21,293 nt of DNA, from contig JBJCIZ010000654.1 in assembly GCA_051294375.1 (NCBI GenBank), forward strand, positions 1-21,293, written 5' to 3'. The position numbers were made by a program, and so were the translations under genes. The DNA comes from Paraspadella gotoi. Lineage: Eukaryota > Animalia > Chaetognatha. The notes below the pieces were generated by a model. That model was not told the origin of the DNA, did not search any database, and saw only the letters and a list, made by a program, of their open reading frames with translations. The number at the start of each line of letters is the position of its first letter. Position 1 is the first letter of the stretch. Below, one piece after another: positions 1 through 9,098 of the stretch.

Positions 1-101
1 CTTGATGAAAGATTCAATCGGAAATAGACATATCTACGTCAGCAGCCGACTGCATTCCGCTTCTCTCTGCCTCTTCTCTCTTCTCTCTTCTTTTTTCGCT
101 T
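1..101. repeat. Third copy of a MEX3 intronic segment abutting a gap
   Basis: Matches about 14965-15064 (cttgat-gaaagattcaatcggaaatagacatatctacgtcagc...) and, more noisily, about 205-296. Confidence 0.9.
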
Positions 102-126
102 NNNNNNNNNNNNNNNNNNNNNNNNN
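102..126. other. Assembly gap (25 N)
   Basis: Run of 25 N with duplicated sequence on both sides. Confidence 0.99.
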
Positions 127-143
127 CGACACGGCACAATATA

Positions 144-430
144 TAAATTAGAGGAACTACTCTGAATCAAACATTAAATGCAAGCTGGAATGAAAGTCGT
201 AACGCGTTGATTAGATTATCGTGACTTATCTACGTCAGCAGCCCGAGCATTCCGCTTCTCTCTGCCTCTTCTCTCTTCTCTCTTCTTTTTCGCTTCTTCT
301 TTTTCCTCTAAACACTCTACATTCCCACTTCTCTCTCTTTTTCTTCTTCCTCTCCTCTCTTTTTTTCTCTCCAGATTCTCTCTCTTTTTCCCTTTCCGTG
401 TTCTCTTCTCTCTCTTCTCTCTCTCCCTCT

Positions 431-484
<54 letters not shown>

Positions 485-1128
485 CTCTCTCTCTCTATCT
501 TTCTCCCCTTCTCCCCTTATTTTTAATCCAAATGTGATGCAGTCTTCGCTTCCGACGGTTTTTTTTTTTTTCTCCTCCCTTTTTTTTTTTTTTACGATAT
601 TACATTCGAGAACAAGAAGGGTTTTTATTCATGAGCGATAAGTCAAAGGATCATCATCACCATCGTCAGGGCATATCATCAAATTCACCCGCCATCGACT
701 TTTTTCGTCTACATCGTGTCGTCGTCGTCGTTTTGGTCAGTTTGATCATTTTATAATATCTCGAGCGGTGCCGCTTTAGAGAATCGTCATCGGTCAGCGT
801 TCGGGCCAGGTCAGGGTCGACCTGGGAGGCCTTCGAACCCGGACCAACGACCGGACGCCTTCGGTGCATTTTGAACAGGAACTGAACAAGTGCCCGTAAG
901 ATGTTTATTGTGTAATCTACTAACGAACAAACGCTCAAATACCGGCCAGGAAAAAGAGAAACTTCTGATATTCCGACCTGCGACAAAAGTTGAGGCTGTC
1001 ATTGAAACCACAGTGTTCAAAATTAGATTTGGCAACCTGAATAAATTATTTTAAAAATACGTGGTACTTAGTTTAAAATATACGTAATAGAAAAAAAAAG
1101 CACCAACACTTTCTCTTTGTACATCATT
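144..1128. repeat. Duplicated MEX3 intron segment, copy A (empty insertion site)
   Basis: Colinear with 14905-15801 plus 21229-21293. Shared anchors include aaacattaaatgcaagctggaatgaaagtcgtaacgc, tacgatattacattcgagaacaagaagggt and tacgtaatagaaaaaaaaagc...ctttctctttgtacatcatt. Confidence 0.95.
436..495. repeat. (CT)n microsatellite
   Basis: Near-pure CT run; counterpart at 15171-15220 in the duplicate copy. Confidence 0.9.
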
Positions 1129-1389
1129 ACAACTATCACGGTGGCCAATCATCCAATCTCATTCACTGAGATCATTATTATTGGATATTTTTAAGCATCG
1201 CGAATATGATATTTTTAAGATAATCAATGACAAAGTGATAATATTGATATATTCTTAGTTATATAAATTTTATTTGTGCTAACAGAGAAAGACTTGGCGA
1301 ACGGTAAATTATTCTAATTGTAGAGTAGATTACAAAATTAACATGTCTACAGTAAAACACCTCCGCCAATCCTCGTCCGCTCCTCATCT

Positions 1390-1398
1390 CCTCACCTT
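1390..1398 (-). promoter_or_regulatory. 5' splice donor of MEX3 intron (phase 1, inside the last Gly codon of GRQG)
   Basis: Minus strand AAG|GTGAGG. Protein similarity stops exactly here and the sequence becomes AT-rich. Confidence 0.85.
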
Positions 1399-2023
1399 GC
1401 CTTCCCACTATTTCGGCGACGTGTTCCGAACTCGGGACAGGAACGCACTCGGCTCATCGTTCTGCCCTCGCTTCGGTTCGTCGTCGTTCGAGCGACCCGC
1501 CGAAGGAGCCGAGTGACCCCAACGGGCGACGACTCCGCGTCCATCATGAGCCCGTTGGGGTCGGGCCAGCCGCTCGGGTCGTGAAGTCCACCGCCACCGC
1601 AGCCGGGCGGGCCGTTGCTCAGCCCCAGCATCGAGAGTTCCAGCGCGATCTGTAGCGCCCTCTGGTCCTCCAGCCCCGTCGAGGAAGACGTCGCCGGCCC
1701 CATGGAGGCGCCGTCGCTCGGCATGCGCCGCGAAGCCCAGCGAGTCGTCCGCCGTCGGAGGAGAGCGTTGGCGTTGGAACGTTGGCGCCGCCGCCGCCGC
1801 CGCCCGCCGTTGAGTTCGAAGCAGCACCGAAGAAGAGCGGACGGAGAGCACGTCGGATCCTTTCGACGCCGAGACGCCGACGGATGGCATCTCGGCGGCG
1901 CCGGTGGGAGAAGCGGCGTCGTCGGCGTCGAATCCGTTGGAGGCGGAACCGGAAGTCGACGGAGATCGCGGGAGGCGAGAGTCGCTCGGGCAGGAAGCGG
2001 AGGCGGTTGGAAGAGGTGGGCAT
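1396..2023 (-). CDS. MEX3: MEX3-family KH-domain RNA-binding protein, first coding exon (N-terminus plus start of KH1); contains apparent sequencing frameshifts
   Basis: Minus strand encodes LEDQRALQIALELSMLGL (MEX3 N-terminal motif). After a frameshift near 1450-1500 it reads GAG TGC GTT CCT GTC CCG AGT TCG GAA CAC GTC GCC GAA ATA GTG GGA AGG CAA G = ECVPVPSSEHVAEIVGRQG, the start of MEX3 KH1. This is followed directly by a G|GTGAG donor at 1396/1395. The start is uncertain: ATGs lie at 2023, 1890 and 1724, and GC-rich Ser/Ala/Gly-coding sequence continues to 2023 across 1-nt indels. The well-supported core is 1396-1724. Confidence 0.88.
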
Positions 2024-2426
2024 GATGAGAAGGTTGGGGGGGTGACGAGGAGGATTGGGGGAGGAAGGAAGAGAGGAAAGAACTGGAGGAAAGGAAACGG
2101 AGAAAAAGAAAAGAATGCGAGATTATTTTCGGGTCGAGAATTATATTTTTCCTTTTTGCGTCTTGTGTTTTAATTGTTTTTTCGATTGTTTATTGGTTTG
2201 TTAACTTTTAATCGCACGGTTGTTCGTTAAATTATTTTCTTGATCATTTGTTTTTCTCTTTTGGGTTTTTTTTTTTTTTTTTTTTCGTCCGATTCCCCGT
2301 AGCTTAATTAAAATTTTTTATATCAACGAATTTCGATTTTTTTTCGGGTTTTTTTTTTCGGCGCCGTCCACTTCTGTCAAAACCCGGCGCTCGTACGTCT
2401 TTCCCCGTCTCTCAGGCGTCGTTTTC

Positions 2427-2456
2427 GTTGACGTCGGTGGCGCCACTGACGTCAAC
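2427..2456. repeat. 30-bp near-perfect palindrome containing CRE-like sites
   Basis: GTTGACGTCGGTGGCGCCACTGACGTCAAC: 14 of 15 symmetric pairs are Watson-Crick, with one G/T (2436/2447). Perfect TGACGTCA at 2447-2454. Confidence 0.85.
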
Positions 2457-2575
2457 AATGCCGCGGCGTTGACGCCACGAGAACGGAAGCGACATTTTTA
2501 TTTTGCGTTTTGAACGTCGATGAAAATACAAGTCAGCGTGGATCGAGTTGGTCCACGTTGGTCTACGGTAAAAAC

Positions 2576-2594
2576 CTGAACCAAACAAAAGAAT
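2576..2594 (-). promoter_or_regulatory. Candidate 3' splice acceptor opening the MEX3 5'UTR/first coding exon
   Basis: Minus strand ATTCTTTTGTTTGGTTCAG|GTTTT. It sits at the switch from very AT-rich sequence (above 2600) to more GC-rich sequence. No transcript evidence. Confidence 0.4.
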
Positions 2595-4149
2595 CAGAGG
2601 TTTCATTGATTTAAATATAATAATTATTAACTGTGGAGAAAAAAATTATGTAAATCAGTTTTTTATTAAATCTATATTTCAGAATATTAGTAATAAATAC
2701 TTAAATATATCTTAGTTTTTCCTGTAAATTATGTAACAGACGATGGTAAGGGATGTAGAGTATCGGATAATCAAAAAATAAGAATATTCATTGCCTCAAA
2801 ACGATGATATAAACTAAATTCATCCTTTCTAAATCGAGAATGACAGGTAATCGGGACAGTCTCTCTCGGTCCTTCATTCTGTCTTTCTTGCTTTTTCAAA
2901 ACGGCTCTTTGTCCGTCGTCGTTGTTGTTGTTTTCGATCGACTGTTATTGTAAGTTTTATTTCATTTAAACTTTTTTCGATAAGAAATTGCGGAGAGTTC
3001 CCGTTTCATCGCAAAAAACAAAATTGGAAAGTAACAATAATGAGAAACCTTTTTTAATTAGTTTATATTGTTAGTTTTTTGTTTTGCGTCGAAAAAAAAA
3101 CAGTTTGATTAAATCCATAAACGTTGACATCATCACTAAAAAAAGTCTAAACGAGTAAGTAGAATAAAAACATAAACATTAAAACTAAAAACCAAAAAAT
3201 TGGCGGACAAAAGTCGATGATCCGCTGATGGTGCGATAATAAAATCCCAATCGATGCCGATTGGTGGATTTTTGTTGAGGGCCAAACGTCGTTTAGTTCA
3301 TGAGCCTTTCGAAATTCGTGACTGAAATTCAAACTCGATGGGTGCAAAAAAAAAATTAGAAAAATTTGGAGGAAAGGAAATTTAAAAAAAAAAAAAAGTG
3401 GAAGGGATTGTGGTGGGAAGGTAAAGGGGTGAGATAAATCATAGAGGGAATGTAGTATCTATAAAAGGGTATGAAGAAGGAAAAAGCGGGAAAATGGTTT
3501 TTTTTCAACCGGCGAAGATTGAAAAATGAGAAGAGAAGAGAAGCGAAAAAGAGTTTATGGTGAAAAAGATAGAAGGAGAGGAGAGGGGGGGGTGTAACTA
3601 GGGGAAGAGGAGACTAAATACTCGAAGAGAGTGAAAGAAGAATAAAGAAAGGGATGAACATTAGAAGAGACGAGTCTATGGGGCCAACGAAGAAAAAAGA
3701 GATAAAATACCCGGACGACAAAAGGTGGCGGGTTGGGAAATGAGGGAGGGGGGCGTAGGGAAGTGGGCGCGGTCTTGGTAGGATTCGAATAGCGAAAAGA
3801 GGGGGAAAAAATGATGATAGATGAAAGAGCAAAAGAGAAAAAAAATTGACAGGTGTGAAAGGTTTTTTTTGCTTTTTTTTTCAAGGTGGCGTGGCGAGTA
3901 GATTAGAGAAGACTGCAGGACCGACGAAAATCTTCGACGTTTTTTTTTTAATCGTTTTAAAATTAAGATTTAAACATCCTTCATCTAAAATTCGAAACTC
4001 GATAAATAAACATCGAAGAAGTAAAACCTGACAAATTTTTAGTTTTCCTCCAGGAAGATATATAAGGAGTCACCTTGCGGTTTGTTTCGATTGTAGTCTT
4101 ATGTTAGCCCTCACTGTTAAATGGGGATGAAATCATTCAAAACGACCTG

Positions 4150-7100
4150 GTCTCTCTCTCTCTCATGTAGATCCTGGATCTCCTTCGGCTTCTGCTCTCT
4201 CCTTCTCCGTCGATCTCTCCTCTCCACTCTCGTCTCTCGTCTCTCTCTCTCTCTCTCACTTCCGCTCTCTGCCCTCCGCATCACCCCTCTCGCCTCCCTC
4301 TTCTCGTCCGCCTCTCTCCTCTCTGCCTCTCATTCATTCCGCCTTGGCCCTCGCCCTTTTTCCTCCTCTCTTCGTTCTCGTCCTCTCTTCCCCCCCCTCC
4401 GCCTCTCATCCTCTCTCCATCTCCATCCTCCTCATCCGTCTCTCCTCTCTTCCCTCTTCTCATCGCTTCCTCCTCTCTCCCCTCTCCGTCCGTCCTCTCC
4501 ACCTCATCTCTTCTTCTTCCTCCCCCCTCTCTCTCTCACATACTGCTCTCTCACTTCTCTATCCCTCCCCTCTCTCCCTCTCTCCTCCTATCTCCTCCTT
4601 TCATGCCCCGACCCCTCCCACACCCCGCCCAGTTCTTCCTCATCCTCGCACACTCCGCCGGCGTCTCTCTCCTCTCTCTTCTCTCTCAATCGTCTCCCTC
4701 CACCGTCCTCTCTCCCTTCTCCCTCCTCTCTTCCTTCTCTCTGCTCTTTCACTCTCTCCCCTGCCTCTCCTCTCTTTCTCCACGCCCCCCTCTCTCTCTT
4801 ACTCACTTCACCGTCTCCTTCTCTCTCTCACTCTCTCTCTCTCCCTTTCTCCCCCTTCCTCTCGCCTCTAGCCCCCTCGCGCCCCCTCTCTCCCTCCTCC
4901 CTCTCTCTCTCTTCCTCTCTTCCTCCCTCTCTCCCCTTCACCTCTATCTCGGGCTCCGCCCTTCCTCTCTTTCTCTTTCTCTCTCTTCCCTCTCCTTCTC
5001 TTCCCCCTCTCTCCCTTTCCTCCCTCTTTCCCTCCTCTCCTCCCCTCCCGCCTCTCCGTCTCTCTTTTTTCTTTCCCTCTTTCTTTCTGCCCTCTCCCCC
5101 TTCCCCTCTCTCTTCCTCCTTATCTCTCTCTCCCGTTCCCTCCCTTCTCCTCTCCTCCTCCCTCTCTCTCTCTCGTCCCTCTCTCCCCCCCGTCATCTCC
5201 GCTCCCTTCCTCTCTCTCTCTTTTCTCCTCCCTCCTCCTCTTTTTTTTCCCCCCTCCCCCCCTCCTCACTTCCTCTCTCCCCGTCCTCGTCTACTCCCTC
5301 CCCTCATCCCCCTCCCTTCTCCCCACCCCCCACCCTCTCCCCTCGCCCCTCCCCCCCCCCCCCGCCTACCGCCCTCCCTCCTCGATCTTCCCCCCACCAC
5401 CCCCCCTCCTTCACTCCCTCTCCCTCCTCTCTTCCCCTCATCCTCCCATCTCCTCCACCTCTCCGCTCCCTCTCACTCCATCTTCCTCCTCCCCTTCATC
5501 TTTCTTCTTCTCTCTCTCTCCCTCCTTCTCCTCTCGTTCTTCTCTCTCCCTTTCCCCTGTCGTTTTATACCTCCAGTCTTCGCTCCCCCCTTCCTCCTCA
5601 CCTCTCTCTTCTCCCCTGTTTCCATTTCTCACTTCCCGTCTCCCTTTCTCTCTCCGCTCTCCTCACTCTTACTCTCTCCTCCTTCTCCCTCTCTCTCCCC
5701 CTCTCTTCTTCTCATCTTCCCCCCCTTTCCCCCTCCTCCCATCCTCTTCTTTCCTCTCTTCTTCTCTTTTCTCCCCCCTCCTCTTCTCTCCTTCTCCTCT
5801 CTCGCCCTTCTTCTCTTCCGTCGCTCTTCCTTGTCTCCTCGTTCCGTCTTCTTTCCTTTTCATCCTCGTGCCTCTCCCTTTCTACCTTCCATTTCTTCCT
5901 CTCGTCCATCTCTTTCTCTTCTCTATCCCCTCCTTCCTCTTTCACTCTCCTCTCCTTTCTCCTTCTCATCTTGCTCCTCTTTCGCGTCTTTTCCCTTCCC
6001 CCTCATCTCGCCCTCTCCTACTGGTAAAAACCCACCTGTATCCTTCTTCTATCCCCCTTCTCTACTCTCTCCCGCGCTCGTCTCATGTCTTCTATCCTCC
6101 ATCTTGTTCACCGGCTCTCCCCCCTCCTTCTTTACCTCTCCTCTCTTGTTACTTCGCATCCTGCTATTATTCGCTCCTCCCTCTCTACTCTTCTCTCTTC
6201 TTTTCTGCTTCGTCTCTCTCCCCCCCGCCTCTTTTTCCCTTTCTCCATCCCCTTTTCCTTTCATCTTCCCACCTTTTCTTTGCTTCTCGTGTCCTATCTC
6301 TGTATCCACTCTCCCTGCCCTCTCTCTCCTTCTTCTCTTCTTCTCATTCTCCGCTCTCCCTCTCCGCCCTGCCTCTCGTCACTCTTCTCGACTCTCCCTC
6401 TCTCCTCCTCCACTCCAGCTCCTCTCTCTCCTCCTCCCCCGCGCCCTCTCCTCCCCCGTCTCCTCATCTCACCCCCTCCTCATCATCTCTTCCCACTCCT
6501 CACTCTCCCCCCCCCTCCTCCCTCCTCCTCCTCTCTCGCTTCTCTCTCCTCCTCCCTCTCCCACTTTCCCTCCCCTGCTCTCTCCTCTCTCGCCCCCCTC
6601 CCCCCCCCTCCCTCCCTCGTCTCCCACCACCTATCCCCCTCCCCCCCTCCCCTCACCTCTCGAGCCCACTCTCTCCCCCTCCCTTCTCTCACCACCTTCC
6701 GCCACCCCCCTTCTCTCCGCCCCCGCCTCTCCCCCTCCCCTCCGCTCCCTCTCCCCCGCATTTCCCCATCTATTCCTCTCCGTCGTCTCCTCTTCCCTGC
6801 CCCCACATCTCCCCATCTCCCCTCTACCCGCCTCCCCTCCCTCTCGCCTACATCCCTCACCCGGGCATCCCCCCGTTCCTCACCTCTCTCCCTCCCCCCC
6901 CATCCCCCCCTCCCGCCCTCACCTCCCCCCTCTCCCCTCTCCTCATCCTCTCCCGCATCCATCCTCCTTCCGCGTCCCCTCCCCCTCCCTCCCTCTCCCC
7001 CTCCCTACCCTTCCCTACCCTCTGCTCCCTCCCCCTCTCTTCTTTTCCGCTCCCTCTCCTCTGTTCCCACTGAACTCTCCACCCTTCCCCCCTCCTCTCT

Positions 7101-8816
7101 CCACCCCTCCCCCATCCCGTCCCTCCCCTCCCTTCCCTCTCCCCCTCCCTCCCCCCTCCCCTCTCCCCCTTCCTCCTCGCGTCCCTGCGCCTCTGTCTCC
7201 CCCTCCTCCAGCCCCCCCCTCTGCCTTCCCCTCCCTTTTTCCTCCTCTCTCCTCCCATCCCCTCGTCCTCCCCCCTTCCTCCACCCCACTCCTCTCCCTG
7301 CCCTCTCCTCCTCTCATCTCTCATCCCCCGTCGCCACTCTTCCCCCTCCTCTCCCACCTCCCGTCCCCCCCCTCTCCTTCTCCCCCCTCTCCCCCCCTCC
7401 TCCACTCCCCCTCTCCGCACCCTCCTGCCTCTCCCTCTCTCTCTTCCTCCCCTCCTCTCCTCTCTCCACCCCCCTCCCCTCTCCTCCCTCCTCTCCTCCT
7501 CCCCCCCTCATTCCCCTCCCTCTCTTCCACTCCGTTCCCCCCTCCCTCCCTCTCCTCCTCCCCGCCCTTCTCTCCCCATCCCTCGTTCGCTCTCTCTTCT
7601 CCTATCCTCCCTCACCTTCCTCCCTCCCTCCTCCTCCTCCTATCACCTCCCTCTCCTCTCGGCCTCTCCTCCCTCTCCGGATCCCTCCCTCTCCCTCCCC
7701 CCCCTCTCTCCTCACCTCCCCCCCGCTCCCCCACATCCCTTCCCCCTCCGCCCCTCCCCTCTCCCTCCCTCCCCCCCTCTCGCCTTCCTCGCCTCCGCTG
7801 TTCCATCCCCTCTCCATCCCCCCCACCCCCTCCGCCCCGCCTCCTTCTTCCCCGTCTCACCTTCGCCTCCCCTCCCTCCTCCCCTCCCTCTGATCTCCCT
7901 CCCTCCCTCCCTCCCCTCCCGCTCTCTCCCTCCCCTCTTCCTCTCGCCTTCCCTCCCTCTTCTCCCTCTCCCTGCTCCTCGTCCTCTCTATCCTCCCCTC
8001 TCCTCCTCCTCTCCTCCCACTCTCCTTCCGCGTCCCCCCCGACTCCCCCTCCCTCTCCCTCTCCCCCCCCGCTCCTCCTTCTCCCTTCCTCTCCTCCTCC
8101 TCCCCCTCCTCCCCTCTTCTCCCCATCCCCCTCTCATCCCCCTCCCCTCCCCTCCACCTCTCATCCCCCTCACTTCCCCCCTCCCTCCTCTTGTCTCTCC
8201 TCTCCCTCTCTGCCCCCTCCTCCTCTCCCTCTCTTTCTCGGCTCTCTCCTCCTCCCTTCTCCCTCCTCCCTTCTCTCCCGTCTCTCTTCCTCTCCTCTCT
8301 CCTCCCTGCCTCTTCTCCTTCTCCCTCTCGCCCTTACCCTCTCCCTCCTTCCTCTCTATCTACTCCTCTCTTCCCCCCCCCTCTCCTCTTCCTTCTCTCT
8401 CTCTCTTCTCTCCCTCCTCCCTTGTCCCCTCATTCCCCTCCGCTCTCGCTCCTCCTCTTCTTCCTCTCTTCTCTCCCCCTCTCCCCTCCCCCCCTCCCTC
8501 CATCCTCTTTCCCTCTCTTCATCCCCCTCGATCCCCTCTCGCTCCCTCTGTTCACCTCCCCTCCTCGACACCCTCTCTCATCTCTCCCTCCTGCCCCCTC
8601 CGTCTTCTCTCGTCCTCCCCCCTCCCTATCACCTCCTCCTCTCTCCCCTCCCGCTCTCCTCTCTCCTCCTCTATCCCCTCCTCCTTCCCTTTCCTCCCCT
8701 CCTTCTCTTTCCCCTCTCGTTCAACCTTCCCTCACGCTCTGCCCCTCTCCTCCCCCTCCGACCCTCCCCCCCCCTTCTCCATCCCCCTCTTCACCCTTGC
8801 CCGCTCTCTCCTCTCA
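4150..8816. repeat. 4.7 kb aperiodic polypyrimidine (C/T) low-complexity tract, probably a long-read artefact
   Basis: Almost exclusively C and T on the + strand, no stable repeat unit, and it ends at a gap. The lack of stop codons explains the giant Pro/Ser/Leu ORFs. Confidence 0.85.
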
Positions 8817-8841
8817 NNNNNNNNNNNNNNNNNNNNNNNNN
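8817..8841. other. Assembly gap (25 N)
   Basis: Run of 25 N. Confidence 0.99.
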
Positions 8842-9077
8842 AAATCGTTTCTAACATTATTTAAAAATTAAATTATTTTGTTTCTTATTTACTCATCATA
8901 AAAATTACAATCTACGAACGTAAAAGATTGCTTCACAGTGAGTCGCGCCTTCCTTATATCCTTTCTTTTCACAGGAAAAAAATCCTTTTTGCGCCTTCAC
9001 TTTGTTTTTCGTTATCATCGTTCGTTCCGTTACTTTCATTTTACCTTCTTTATTGCCCGATGTCAACCATATTTAAG

Positions 9078-9098
9078 CGTCGTCGTCGTCGTCGTCGT
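9078..9098. repeat. (CGT)7 trinucleotide microsatellite
   Basis: cgtcgtcgtcgtcgtcgtcgt seen directly. Confidence 0.9.

Noticed and set aside
1396-1724. MEX3 as a frameshifted pseudogene
   Set aside because: Conserved motifs and the donor are intact, and the whole region shows indel-type sequencing noise; error is the simpler explanation.
1615-2173. Plus-strand Arg-rich ORFs (1615-2025, 1782-2045, 1904-2173)
   Set aside because: Antisense shadows of the GC-rich MEX3 exon.
4028-4073. Possible 46-nt minus-strand intron (AAG|GTGACT...TTGTCAG|G)
   Set aside because: Very short, lacks a pyrimidine tract, lies in deteriorating sequence and has no supporting exon evidence.
4281-8571. Many Arg/Glu/Gly-rich minus-strand ORFs
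   Set aside because: Translations of the G/A complement of the same low-complexity tract.
4121-8854. 1577-aa Pro/Ser/Leu-rich ORF and overlapping long ORFs (extensin- or mucin-like)
   Set aside because: C/T-only sequence cannot form stop codons, so several frames are open. There is no domain or repeat unit, and the ORF runs through an N gap.
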